Origin: Octopus bimaculoides
Lineage: Eukaryota
Assembly: GCF_001194135.2 (NCBI RefSeq)
Contig: NC_068996.1
Span: 44,619,608 to 44,683,607 of the forward strand
Length of the DNA stretch: 64,000 nucleotides
Direction of reading: 5' to 3'
Shown: positions 28,095 through 40,639 of the stretch, piece after piece
Layout: every line of letters begins with the position of its first letter
How positions within the stretch are numbered: the first letter of the stretch is position 1
The notes under the pieces: generated by a model
Seen by the model: only the letters and a program-made list of their open reading frames with translations
What the model was told of the DNA's origin: nothing
The model's database searches: none
Made by a program: the position numbers and the translations under genes

Positions 28095-29282
28095 AATATT
28101 AAATATGAGAGAAAGAAAATGGAATTCATGAGTCTATTATTCACTACGATCGTCTCGACCCAACGTGCATCGGTATCTCGTGAATGAGATGCTGTACAAG
28201 CCGTTGTGGTGTATCATAGGTGTATATATGTCTCGTCAGGTGACTTCGCAAAAGCTATCTCATTTTTTAAATCTCCGTTTCGCTTCTTTCGATTAGAATA
28301 CATTTTGATAGTTGTAATTCGCTACTCGTCAACACAAGAAACTGGGTTATAATGTTGAACATTTCTCATATCTATACTATAAATTGCAGTGTTCTTGATT
28401 GCTTGATCGATTGATTGATTGAGTGAGTGTCGGCAGATTCATTCGAGAACGGTGCAGTGGAATCGCGTGAAATTCAGCACAGAGCGGCAGCATGGTCCGC
28501 TCATGTTCAGGAGATTTTTATTGCCCTCCAACTCCCATGGTTACCGAGATAATCGATTATTACTTTTTAAGATAGGAATATCCCATTCAAAGTGGGGAGT
28601 GGCGATTTTGTTGCCTTTCCCATGCGCGAAATTTTACGAAAAACCAGCACAATAAAGATTATTTTTTTCCAAGTAATGTGGCTGGATTTGTTTTTCGAAA
28701 ATTTTAATCAGAGGCACAGAAAAAAAAAATAATTTCAATTTTTTGTGCATTAAAAAAAAACAGCTATAGCCTACGCTCTTTCTAATTACTATGTTTTTTT
28801 AAACTTCAGTTACAAATGTCTTCAAACGTCGACATTCAAACAACTTTTCCATATTGAGACAAGCAGACTCTGCACAATTGTATCCATCCGGGAACGCGTT
28901 TTCAGTAATTGAAATTCACAATTCTAATCAATGTACATGAACGTCCAACCTATGATTGATCTTGAACAGTTTCGATTAACATTCTTGTGTCGCCAATACA
29001 AGAACTGCACTACCATATATTTTTCTTTTAAGGCGAGGTTATACCACAAATAAGGTTCCGGGTCTACATGGGGCTATGGGTACACACGTGAAGTTAGTTT
29101 TACAATATCTACCCGCAAAATCCTTAGCATCGTATTGTTTTTGGGTTGTTCTTACTTTTTTTTTGTTTTTGGAATTTTTAATTTTTTTAATTTTAATTCT
29201 TTTTATTATTCAAAATATACATAGGAAATAACCTTTAGCCAAATCCACCACACTGCCCGAGTGAAACCGGGAAAAACAGCTA

Positions 29283-29324
<42 letters not shown>

Positions 29325-29630
29325 CCGCAGCCACTTGGCTGAAACACATAAATAAATATATAATAAGCATAAGTAAGTATTCTAGTATTCTAGTTTCTCG
29401 TGTTGACGAGTAGCAAATGATAACTACTAAAATGTATTCTAATAGAAATAAGCGAAATGGAGATTTTAAACCATGTGCCTTTTGATAAATCACCTGACGA
29501 GACACATCTATACCGATGATGCACCATAACTATTTGTACAGCATTTTACCTGAGAGGCACAGGTGTAGGATGGGTCGAAACGGTCGTAGCAAATAATAAA
29601 GACTCTCGTGAATTCCATTTTCTTACTTCC
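28095..29630. repeat. Inverted pair of about 250-bp pLTR-like repeats (28095-28348 and 29385-29630)
   Basis: Shared blocks GTCTCGTCAGGTGA, AAATCTCC.TTTCGCTT, TTAGAATACATTTT, GCTACTCGTCAACAC.AGAAACT and GGGTCGA.ACG.TCGTAG occur in opposite orientation. Confidence 0.75.
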
Positions 29631-29994
29631 TTATTCTTATAAACACTACGGACACTAAGGAATTTCTGAAGTAAATCCAGTGGCATATATCTCCATACTG
29701 TTGGTGACATCAGATACCCGATTACAGTGGACGGGCTTTAAACAGCATACTACAAAGTGTATACTCGAATTTGAAATTTATATTTATATGCATTTGTATG
29801 TGCATGCATACACACATACATATACAATATACACACGCGCATGCAAACAAAAATACCTTTGTTGATGTTGAAATTCCAATGAAGGGGCCTTTGTTCTAGG
29901 TTAGAAACCGGTTCTTGCTCTGTTGGCAAAAAATCTTGAAATAAAACTGAAGAATGACATACATAGATGCGTACAAATAAACACATTCTTCGTA

Positions 29995-30086
29995 TTGTTT
30001 TCAATTTACGTTATATATACATATATATATATACATATATACATATATATACATATATATACATATATATATACATATATATATAC

Positions 30087-30119
<33 letters not shown>

Positions 30120-30138
30120 CATACATATATATATATAT

Positions 30139-30217
<79 letters not shown>

Positions 30218-30350
30218 CATATATATATACATGCATATATACATACATATATATACACACATATATACATGCATGCATACATAAAAACATGCATACATAC
30301 ATACATACGTACATACATACATACATATATACATACATACATACATATCA
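29995..30350. repeat. Compound (TA)n/(CATA)n microsatellite, representative of dozens across the window
   Basis: Directly visible. Similar tracts at 20.2-21.4, 23.3-25.6, 27.2-27.9, 41.3-41.45 (TTTC), 42.0-42.3 (GAGT), 46.9-47.6 and 48.2-49.1 kb. Nearly all long N gaps are flanked by such tracts. Confidence 0.98.
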
Positions 30351-31037
30351 ACGGAACAACCAGCTAGTCGGATATGTATGTATATTTGGGGAAAAGCTCT
30401 TCATAATGTACATCTGTCTACTTTAGACAGGAAAACCAATTTTTACATTTGAGCTATTTAATTGATAAGTGCAGAGAGTGCGGATGTATATATTGCTAAT
30501 CTAAGACTTTAGAAAGGATGTCTTGTTGGCATCTTTAGAAACCATTTTCAAAATGAGCCAATGTTAGTATTTCTAGTGTATTGGTTATTCTACTGCTCTT
30601 TCACTCAACAAACTAACATTGGAGATGAATAAGAATTCAGCGTCTCCAATTATAGTAACTTATTATTATTTTACTCAATTACGGCTTCAGTCATTGAACT
30701 CTTGCAATGCTGGGACACAGCGTTTAGTTATAGTTGCTTATATCGACCACAATATCTTCAGGATTGTAACTACAGCACTTCATTTAGTAGTTTTTTAAAA
30801 GATGTAAGTCAGGGCTGGCCCGCAGACTTTTATTTTGCGGCCCGCTTGATATTTTCTTGAAATGAGTTTATTTAAACGAACATTTTAAAAATTTTATCAA
30901 AAATTAAAGATTGTAATGAAAAGTAAAAAAAGAAAGATACTACTGTTTTTGCAATGATAACATTTCATGTTGAATCAACGATCATTCATTCATTATTGTA
31001 ATAATAGCATGAGAAAGCAAAATGCTTTCAATTCTTA

Positions 31038-31630
31038 ATCTCTCAGAGAGATTTATGCAGTAGTGATACGATGAAGTAGTTGTATACTGTCAACTTAATG
31101 TGACAATCCCCTGAAGGGAATAATACCGTTGGTTAGACCTAGGAAGCTGCACCGATTCCTGTCAGCCTTGACACATTTCTTGTGTCCTTATGTAAACATA
31201 ATTCTAGCCCTTGTAAACATAATTCTAGTGAAATACATTCACTGATTTAAAATTTAGAAATAATACATTTCTAAATCTCTCGGAGAGATTTATGCAGTAG
31301 TGATACGATGAAGTAGTTGTATGCTGTCAACTTAATGTGACAGTCTCCTGAAGGGAATAATACTACTGTTGGTTATACCTATGTTTACAAGGCTTGACAG
31401 GCATCTTCGACTAGTAGGTCATGGTACTCCAGACTGATGACGAGCAAAGACTCAGAAACATGTATATGGATGCAGGCTTACGTGGGTGGAGGGGTTTGCT
31501 TCCCCCTTGTAAACATAAGGACACAGGAAATGTGTCAAGGCCGACAAGAAGCGGTGCAGCTTCCTAGGTCTAACCAACAGTAGTATTATTACCTTCAGGG
31601 GACTGTTACAGTAAGTTGACAGTATACAAC
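31038..31630. mobile_element. Hammerhead-bearing retrozyme-like repeat cluster (two tandem partial minus copies plus one plus copy)
   Basis: 31038-31198 and 31209-31380 are tandem minus-strand partial monomers. 31381-31630 is a plus copy with the hammerhead. Shared blocks include GTTGACAGTATACAAC, GGACACAGGAAATGTGTC and GCAGCTTCCTAGGTCTAACCAACAG. Confidence 0.75.
31428..31470 (+). ncRNA. Second copy of the minimal type I hammerhead, slightly decayed
   Basis: TCCAGA-CTGATGA-CGAG caaaga CTCA-GAAAC-AT-GTA-TATGGA. Core intact, stem III palindrome ACATGT, GUA triplet, one mismatch each in stem I and at the base of stem II. Confidence 0.75.
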
Positions 31631-32994
31631 CGCTTTCAATTCTGTCAGTATACAAACGGCCCTCAAAACACTTTCTGTGATTAAAGTGGCCCACAATGAA
31701 ATTCAAGTTAGCCAGTTCTGGTGTAAGACAAAACGTACCTGAGCTGCATTTGAACTGCGAATGTTAAAGGACATAACTAAATACCCATGATATCTATTTT
31801 GAGTTCCCGGAAAAAATTATGAAATTTCGCGAAAAATTATAAAGGTCTGCTAAAAAGAAATTTAACAAAAACAAATCTGCTGGAACATATTAAGGACGAA
31901 ATATGCTCAATATAATTTTGATTGTCGTTGTTCTTCAGGCAAATGAAAATTTATCATTGATTTAGAAGACATCAGCACGCATCACCAAATAATTTGTTTG
32001 CTGAATAATATTAACAAGATCCCCATTCTTCTTTAGATTCATTGATACGGGATAGCAACGGGGCTAGCTTTGACTGACTCAAGCTGACATCCCGCTATCG
32101 GTATCTTAAAACCTCCTTAAGTCAATGAATTAAATGCGTTGTCAATACACGTTGACTGAAGGGATAATTGATTCTCTTAAAACGCAAAACAACAGCATTT
32201 AACATATTTATGTTAAAATAATTTCGGTTTCAATTAATGTTTCATTAAAATCAAGGTACCAATGGGGTTGTCTGTAAAATATAGGTTTTATGTTCCACGA
32301 TTTTTGGAAAATCGTATAGTGTGTTTTGCGACAAAATAAGTTTTGGAAACGCGACCAAGTAGATCAGAACGTCTCCTTTCTGTTATTTAGAAACAAAGAT
32401 CCGTATACGCACATTCCGAAATGAGACACCTGTTACGGAGTCAGAGATCGAATCTCATTGTAGATATGAAAATCTAAAAAACCTTTCATCTCTAGAGACA
32501 AAACAAAATTAAAAAAGGAAATTAATAGTCTGAAAAATTATTATTAGAAAACACCGTTTGCATAACCTTTACTTATTTACTCGTAACTAGTTAATCCAAG
32601 CGAAACTTAGAAATCTATAGATCTTTTCCAAGTAGTTAATTAAACATAAATGAAATATAAAACTGTTGAACTTTGGCGAACTCTAACTGGAAGGTTATAA
32701 TATGTTCTTTATATTGGAGATTGGATTAAAAATACTTGTAACACTACGAAGTAATTAAGCCCGTTACAATCTCCCATTAATTTATTCATTGTTCTTATAT
32801 TAGAAAAAAGAAAGTAAGAAAAATATATGGTGTGTAGAAGTTTGACAAAATATTGATGCTAAATATGAGGAATAAATGAAATACGGTGGGGCTAATAGTA
32901 AGCTTTGGAGAAAATTAACGGACATTATGATTGGAAAAGGTATGTGACACAAGGGAATATATAACCCTTCTTTCTTAGATATGTTGTTTTAAAT

Positions 32995-33364
32995 TCTTTT
33001 ATTCTTTAACTTGTTTAAGTTAGTTGACTACGGCCATGCAGGCGCACCATCTTGAAGGATTATTTTAGTTGGACAAATCAACCCCAGGACATTCTTTTAA
33101 GCCTAGTACTTATTCTATCGTTCTCTTTTACTGACGTAAACACACCAACACCGGTTTTCAAGCGGTGATGGGGGAACAAACAAAGACACACACACATACG
33201 GCGGGCTTCTTTTCAGTTTCTGCGTACCAAATTCATTCACTAGTCTTTGGTCGGCCCGAGGCTATAGTAGAAAGCACTTGCTCTAGGGTGTCACGGAATG
33301 GGAATAAACCGGAACCATGTGGTTGGGAAGCAAGCTTCTTACCACACAGCCACGCCTGCGCCTA
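32995..33364 (-). mobile_element. tRNA-derived SINE, family A
   Basis: Head ATAGGCGCAGGCGTGGCTGTGTGGTAAGAAGCTTGCTTCCCAACCACATGG on the minus strand. Homologous to 52590 and 57081. Confidence 0.88.
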
Positions 33365-33384
33365 TGAATATTCATTATAAAGTA

Positions 33385-33565
33385 TATCTCTGGCGAGTTG
33401 TCTCGTGATTCCTTAATGAAAACGTAACCTTCATTTAATTAAGACATCTTCGGCCTGATGGGTAGCTAATGGATTACCCCTCATTGAGTAATTACTACTT
33501 CCGAGGTTCTACTATCCAGGGAATATATATAGCCTGGATTTTACATTCTCCGTTCTCTCAATTCA
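33385..33565 (+). repeat. Unclassified dispersed repeat (second copy of 13460-13640)
   Basis: Direct homology as described for 13460-13640. Confidence 0.8.
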
Positions 33566-33838
33566 GCGTTTATTTAATTTCTACGGTAGAAATGTTATTA
33601 TAATATTTCTTTAGAAAGTTTCTTTGATATATGAACTACGTAATTTTTAATTATAATCTTTTATTCTTAGTAACGATTATTAATAAATAATTAAAGCAAT
33701 CTAATTTATAATATTTGTTAATTGAGTAGAGATGATATAGTATTTTATATATATTATTTTGTTATTTGCCCATAGATAAATAAGGTATTGTTATTATAAT
33801 AACATTTTTTTAAATAATATGTAAGAATGAAAGGGATA

Positions 33839-33927
33839 CAGTAATCCCTCGACTATCGCGGGTATTACGTTCCAAAAAACGCCGCGATAAGTGAAACTCA
33901 GCGAAGTAGAAACAGTATTGTACTGTA

Positions 33928-33999
<72 letters not shown>

Positions 34000-34148
34000 C
34001 ATTTTTAATAATTTTTATATATTTATTTTAAATGCAAAGCAACACAACGGAGGAATCGATATAAGCTTAAATAATAGGTGAACCGCGATAGGTGAACCGC
34101 GATAGGTAAACCGCGATAGGTGAACCGTGATATGGCCAGGGATTACCA
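33839..34148. mobile_element. Tigger/pogo-like MITE with internal (ATT)n and 14-bp tandem repeat
   Basis: TA-CAGTAATCCCTCG ... CAGGGATTAC(CA)-TA. GAACCGCGATAGGT occurs about 4 times at 34080-34135. Confidence 0.75.
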
Positions 34149-34518
34149 TATTTCTTATTTAGCTATGGTTTTATTAATTTTTAAAACAATTTTGTTGCTG
34201 GTATTTAAATAAACTAATGCGCTAAGATATATTTAGATTAAGATACTTAATAATATACAAATATATTTTATGACCGTTATATTACTTTATTTTTGAAATT
34301 TTTTATCTATGTTTCTGTTTTTATTTATTGACGCCTGTAAACAAATATATTTAAATTCAGTTATTTCTTGGATCTGTGAATCCACAAATTTAAAAAATTA
34401 CACTGAGGAGATTCTTGCCCACAAACAATGGATTTTTATAATTTTATTATGGGTAAGAATCGAAACAATTGTATGTAATTTATATTTAATATTTATTATA
34501 TTACGTTATATTGTTATC

Positions 34519-34876
34519 GTGGCACTCCGTCGGTTACGAAGACGAGGATTACAGTTGATCCACTCAACGGAACACCTTGTTCGTGAAATTAACGTGCAAG
34601 TGACTGAGCACTCCACAGATACTTGCACACTTAACGTAGTTCTCGGAGAGATTCAGCGTGACACAGCGTATGACAACGCTGGACATTTGAAATACACGTG
34701 CAATAGAAACAAGAAAAAAAAGTGAGTGAAAGTTGTGGTGAAAGAGTACAGCACAGTTCTCCATCCCTCCCTGCCGGAGCTTCGTGGAGCTTTAGATATT
34801 TTCGCTCAATAAACACTCACAACGCCCGGTCTGGGAATCGAAACCGCGATCCCACGATCTCGAGTCCGCTGCCCTA
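34519..34876 (-). mobile_element. tRNA-derived SINE, family C
   Basis: Reverse complement of the 9309 and 35792 copies, with B-box-like GGTTTCGATTCCC. Confidence 0.85.
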
Positions 34877-35511
34877 AGAATATAAGAATATAAAATAATA
34901 TATTATGCTAATAAATTTTAAATTTGAATTTTTGAATTGGCAATATATATATATATATATATANNNNNNNNNNNNNNNNNNNNNNNNNNNNNNNNNNNNN
35001 NNNNNNNNNNNNNNNNNNNNNNNNNNNNNNNNNNNNNNNNNNNNNNNNNNNNNNNNNNNNNNNNNNNNNNNNNNNNNNNNNNNNNNNNNNNNNNNNNNNN
35101 NNNNNNNNNNNNNNNNNNNNNNNNNNNNNNNNNNNNNNNNNNNNNNNNNNNNNNNNNNNNNNNNNNNNNNNNNNNNNNNNNNNNNNNNNNNNNNNNNNNN
35201 NNNNNNNNNNNNNNNNNNNNNNNNNNNNNNNNNNNNNNNNNNNNNNNNNNNNNNNNNNNNNNNNNNNNNNNNNNNNNNNNNNNNNNNNNNNNNNNNNNNN
35301 NNNNNNNNNNNNNNNNNNNNNNNNNNNNNNNNNNNNNNNNNNNNNNNNNNNNNNNNNNNNNNNNNNNNNNNNNNNNNNNNNNNNNNNNNNNNNNNNNNNN
35401 NNNNNNNNNNNNNNNNNNNNNNNNNNNNNNNNNNNNNNNNNNNNNNNNNNNNNNNNNNNNNNNNNNNNNNNNNNNNNNNNNNNNNNNNNNNNNNNNNNNN
35501 NNNNNNNNNNN

Positions 35512-35588
<77 letters not shown>

Positions 35589-35791
35589 TTATAATCTATA
35601 TTAAAGTGGGTTTCCTTGAGGATTATGCAAAATTCTGTTTCGATTATAACAGACATTTTATATTTCAGTTCACACGTTGTCATGTGTTAGTTGGAAAGGA
35701 TTTCGTAAATAGTAGAAAATCACCGCGTTTGTTTACTGTGTCGGTATTTTGAAATCAACAACAGGAACTCTTTCTGTATTGCTCTAGAGTT

Positions 35792-36117
35792 GAGGCGCAA
35801 TGGCTCAGTGGTTAGGGTACCGAACTTGCGGTCGTAGGATCGCGGTTTGGATTCTCAGATCGGGCGTTGTGAGCGCTTATTGAGCGAAAACACCTAAAGC
35901 TCCCCGAGGCACCGTCAGGGGATGATGGCGAACCCTGCTGTACTCTTTCACCACAACTTTCTCTCACTCTTTCTTCCTGTTTCTGTTGTACCTGTATTTC
36001 AAAGGGCCAGCCTTATCACACTCTGTGTCACGCTGAATCTCCCCGAGAACTACATTAAGTGTACACGCGTCTGTGGAGTGCTCAGCCACTTGCACACTAA
36101 TTTCACGAGCAGGCTGT
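35792..36117 (+). mobile_element. tRNA-derived SINE, family C, head intact, 3'-truncated
   Basis: GGCGCAATGGCTCAGTGGTTAGGG A-box and degenerate B-box. Body matches the other copies. Confidence 0.85.
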
Positions 36118-37793
36118 AGCCGATGGAGTGTCACAATTGTTCTAGACAGGCTTCAAGAGCAGCCTGGAATTTTCTTCTTTTTTTTTCTCTTTTATTGATC
36201 TGCGGTATCTGAGTGGTAAATAAGTTGTAATATAAAAGTTCTCTCCATTTGCTGTCTGTAAATTCTTTAGTTTATTGAACTATTTTAGATTTATTCAATT
36301 CAGACATCAAAACTACTCAAGAGAAAAGCCAACTCCGCCAGGAATGAAAACATATAAAAAAATGACAGGACATCCTTTCACTAATGCTATACTAGATTTA
36401 CGAATATAAACTCAGGCATATCTCGACTTACGTCATTTCGAGTAACGGTCCTTCCGACTTACGTGGTTTCGGGTTACGTTTTCTATCTCCGACTTCAATT
36501 CATTTCGGGTTGCGTCTTCTTCGACTATACGTCGTTTTCTTAAGATATTAATTGAAAGAAAATAAAACTCTGCTTCAGTTGATTTATTCGACTTTGTGCC
36601 AGTCTCAGCGAACATATTATAAAAGCATAAATGTCATTAAAAAAAAAACAACACCTAAATATCAGTGGAAAATCAAATAAAATACATGTAAAAGAATGTA
36701 GAAATCAATTTATTAAAACAGACACAAACTAATAAAGTTTTTAAAATACGTTTTTCGTATTAAGTTCTCGTGTTAAGTTGCATGCCGTCGGACCAATTAC
36801 TAACATAATTTGAGTTCTGCAAATGTTTAACTTGCATACGGACGTGTGTGTATGTGGTGTGTGTGTGTTTGTGTGTGTGTGTGTGTNNNNNNNNNNNNNN
36901 NNNNNNNNNNNNNNNNNNNNNNNNNNNNNNNNNNNNNNNNNNNNNNNNNNNNNNNNNNNNNNNNNNNNNNNNNNNNNNNNNNNNNNNNNNNNNNNNNNNN
37001 NNNNNNNNNNNNNNNNNNNNNNNNNNNNNNNNNNNNNNNNNNNNNNNNNNNNNNNNNNNNNNNNNNNNNNNNNNNNNNNNNNNNNNNNNNNNNNNNNNNN
37101 NNNNNNNNNNNNNNNNNNNNNNNNNNNNNNNNNNNNNNNNNNNNNNNNNNNNNNNNNNNNNNNNNNNNNNNNNNNNNNNNNNNNNNNNNNNNNNNNNNNN
37201 NNNNNNNNNNNNNNNNNNNNNNNNNNNNNNNNNNNNNNNNNNNNNNNNNNNNNNNNNNNNNNNNNNNNNNNNNNNNNNNNNNNNNNNNNNNNNNNNNNNN
37301 NNNNNNNNNNNNNNNNNNNNNNNNNNNNNNNNNNNNNNNNNNNNNNNNNNNNNNNNNNNNNNNNNNNNNNNNNNNNNNNNNNNNNNNNNNNNNNNNNNNN
37401 NNNNNNNNNNNNNNNNNNNNNNNNNNNNNNNNNNNNNNNNNNNNNNNNNNNNNNNNNNNNNNNNNNNNNNNNNNNNNNNNNNNNNNNNNNNNNNNNNNNN
37501 NNNNNNNNNNNNNNNNNNNNNNNNNNNNNNNNNNNNNNNNNNNNNNNNNNNNNNNNNNNNNNNNNNNNNNNNNNNATATATATATATATATATATACATA
37601 CATACATACATACATACATACATACATACATCCATAAATAATACATACCTATATATATATATATATATATATATTTGATTAATAAATTCAAAAAAGGATC
37701 AAAATCTTTTACATGAATTTTATCAAGAACCCAGTGTGTAAAACAATTTCATACGGGAAATTTCTATTCCCAAGAATATAATTATTCGTGTAT

Positions 37794-37926
37794 ATTTATA
37801 TAAGGGCATTACTACAGAATAATGCCACACAACAGACTTCCCAAATAAATATATTTGGTACTAAAATGTGTTTATTTAGGAAGTCTGTTGTGTGGCATTA
37901 TTCTGTAGTAATACCCTTATATAAAT
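37794..37926. repeat. Near-perfect hairpin/MITE with about 55-bp arms
   Basis: ATAAGGGCATTACTACAGAATAATGCCACACAACAGACTTCCCAAATAAA and its reverse complement, with 2 mismatches and a spacer of about 20 nt. Confidence 0.9.
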
Positions 37927-38446
37927 AAATATATATATATATATTCTTTATATCTATCAAAAATGAAAATGGGAAGAGAGTGAGGAAGCACAAAGAATAA
38001 GGCAAATAAACAGAGAACGAGACTAAAAGATTTGCACCACATTGAACATTTGAGCTGAAGAAATATCGATGTTACAATGTCGGTAGAGTTTTTTTTCTTT
38101 TTATTTATCTATTAAGTTATTTATTTATTAATTCATTTATTTATTTATTCATTCACTATTTGTGCCAGCTCAATAAATTCTGTAATTCAGCAATAGGTAT
38201 CAAGTGAGTTTACCATCTTTATCACTGTAATTATAGGAAATAATGTTTTTGTTTTTTTGTCTTCGAAATTAGTAAGTGGGTGGGTTGGATGTTGGTGAAT
38301 GGATTAATGAAATATCATCTACAGGTCAATGAATCAATGAGTGATTATGAATGACAGACAACCCTGGTTGTTTTTATGTTTGTTAGTGATCTATTTTATA
38401 TGTTTTTGTTGTTATTATTGTTGTTATTTTTTATTGTTGTTGTACC

Positions 38447-38529
<83 letters not shown>

Positions 38530-38718
38530 TTATAATTATTAAGGTCTGAATTTTGGAGAGGAGTATAGTTGAAGAGGTGAACCCCAATACTCAACTGGTA
38601 TGAAGAGATGAAAGGCAAAGGCTACCTTGGCGTAAATTGAACTCAGAACGTAAAGACGGACAAAATGGCACTATGCATTTTGGCCGGCGTGCTAACAATT
38701 CTGCCAGTTTACCATCTT
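38530..38718 (-). mobile_element. SINE family B, diverged, next to (ATT)n
   Basis: GATGAAAGGCAAAG...TTGAACTCAGAACGTAAAGACG...GTGCTAAC.ATTCTGCCAG. Confidence 0.75.
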
Positions 38719-38719
38719 A

Positions 38720-40135
38720 ATAATATTAATATGTTTTCTTTTCTTTTTCCAGAATTAATGTTTTCTGGTCTCGTTAATAGACTGCGTTATTCTCCTTTTC
38801 CACCATGGTTCCTTCAGGTTATGTTGACATTTACCTTTGGCTGTCAAACCTAACTTCCGGGCTACAAAAATCGAGATTGCATTCATCAGATTGTTGGTGT
38901 CTGTGATGTTGTCAGTCCTGATATCACTAGTGATATCATTTATCTTCCGGACCCATCCGTTGAGTTTCTTTGTCTACTTTTTTAAACCCCGTATAAAATC
39001 TCTATTCACTAGAGGTCTAAATAGCAATGATTTCCTCGGTTCTCGCATCGCTTTCCTGATCAATAATCTCAGCCTCATGCTCGTTTTCTTCCTTTAACTC
39101 CAACTGCCATAGTTTGACTATCTGCATTCTCTCCCCTATCCTTCCGTTCACCGCTGGTCTTACTACTCCTAAGCACACGTCTCTTAATGCGTTCTAGTTC
39201 AACTGGAGATAACCATTCCTTCTTTCTGATGGCTCTAGCTTGGTCACACCGATTTTGTTCACTTAATTCAAATAGGCCTTTGTCTCTTCATGCCCTTTGC
39301 ATTATTTTCCTATATTCCCTAGCGAGTACTTCATTATCATTTCTCAGATTACCGAGAAAGTAGCACTCCATTACAACTACATTCATTTCTTTCGGCCACC
39401 TTTTAGCAGTTGTTTGATGACGACTGAGCCCACGCTGTTCACCTGTGGGGCACCAGCCAAGCGAGAGACATTCCCAAGATACTCCAGCCTCATTCACACA
39501 GTTCTCATTTCTATTTTTATTTAACACTTCAGCACTCATGATGAGGGTTAGTGAATTTTAGGTTGCACAACCACCAGTATGTTTTTCCCTCCGTGACACC
39601 ATGACTGGCAGGATCCCCACTCTAGGATATAGGAATCCTGTAATCCTGGTTTAATCTTTGGATTTTCCGTCTCCTCGAAGTGGTTTTCAAATGTTATGAT
39701 TGCTTTTCCCTCTTAGGTATATGCTATTTTGGTGGCCGTTGCCTCGTAAGAGTTCATTAGTTTTTATACAGGTCTTGTTCTTCTTTCTGTAGGGTGTCAA
39801 AATAGCAAGAATCATACACCCACCTTACAGAGTCAGCTCTGCGAGGTTGCCAGTTTAGTCGCCGACGTCCCTACCGAAGAAAAAAATAATAATTGCTTCA
39901 CTCCCAGTTTGAATATGAGGAAGAGGTAGCAGAGGTGGGAGGGTGGGTGCATCGACCTCATCGCAAATATAGATAGCATTATTTGGAGAAGATGGACAAA
40001 AAAAAGTAAAGAAAAGGGGAAGAAAAAATGTTTAACCAACTTTCTTTGGCTTTGTACTGCTAGCCTCATGGCAAAGCGATCTTTTCATTATAGTAGGTAG
40101 ATAGGAATATTCGGAGAGGATAAGCAAAAAAAAAT
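38720..40135 (-). mobile_element. R4/Dong-like element 5' portion (putative 5' UTR and ORF N-terminus), decayed
   Basis: WPKEMNVVVMECYFL...YRKIMQRA, and NITDTNNLMNAISIFVARKLG, which is homologous to the peptide at 1183+. (ATT)n at 40136-40163 marks a plausible 5' boundary; that boundary is inferred. Confidence 0.7.
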
Positions 40136-40309
40136 TATTATGATTATTATTATTATTATTATTAAAGTCAAAATTAAAACAAGAGTGCCATTGTCATTTA
40201 GTGAACGATATTTCGACATCTCGTGTATCTTCAACAGGTTCAAAAAATAATTTTGTCAATCTACTTCATTTTGGTTAATATACTTACTGATATACCAAGA
40301 TTCTATTAC

Positions 40310-40620
40310 ATCTGTGCGGTAAGACGCTTGCTTCCCAACCACATGGTTCCGAGTTCAGTCACACTGCGTAGCACCCGCGTGTCAACTAAAGCTATGTGTG
40401 TGGATTTGGTACACAGAAACTGAAAGAAGACCGTTGTGTATATATATAGACGCATGCGTGGTAAGACGCTTGCTTCCTAACCACATGGTTCCGTGTTCAG
40501 TCCCAAAGCCTTGTGAGTATATTTGGTAGACAAAAACTGAAAGAAGCCCATCGTATATATATAACCATATATGTATAAGTATGTGTGTGTGTGTGTATGT
40601 GTGTGTGTGTGTGTGTGCGC
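40310..40620 (+). mobile_element. Two tandem partial SINE family A heads
   Basis: GGTAAGACGCTTGCTTCC.AACCACATGGTTCCG.GTTCAGTC at about 40318 and about 40460. Confidence 0.8.
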
Positions 40621-40639
40621 GCATTAACTCCATGACATC

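Larger units (their letters stand above)
30810..31720. mobile_element. hAT-like non-autonomous element enclosing the 31 kb hammerhead cluster
   Basis: Left end CAGGGCTGGCCCGC..GCGGCCCGC. Right end GGCCCTC..GTGGCCCACAATGAAATTCAAGTTAGCCAGTTCTG. Subterminal GGCCC motifs are typical of hAT MITEs. Confidence 0.5.

Noticed and set aside
34080-34135. 14-bp direct repeats as a CRISPR-like array
   Set aside because: No spacers; it is a simple tandem repeat inside a Tigger-like MITE in a eukaryotic genome.
35792-35860. SINE heads (also at 57081, 10030 and 51588) as tRNA genes
   Set aside because: They lack complete acceptor stems/cloverleaf and continue into SINE bodies.
39780-39885. HDV-like ribozyme in the putative Dong 5' UTR (GTCGGC/GCTGAC, CTG-gcaacctcg-CAG)
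   Set aside because: Partial P1/P3 resemblance, but no GG after P1 for P1.1 and no convincing P2.
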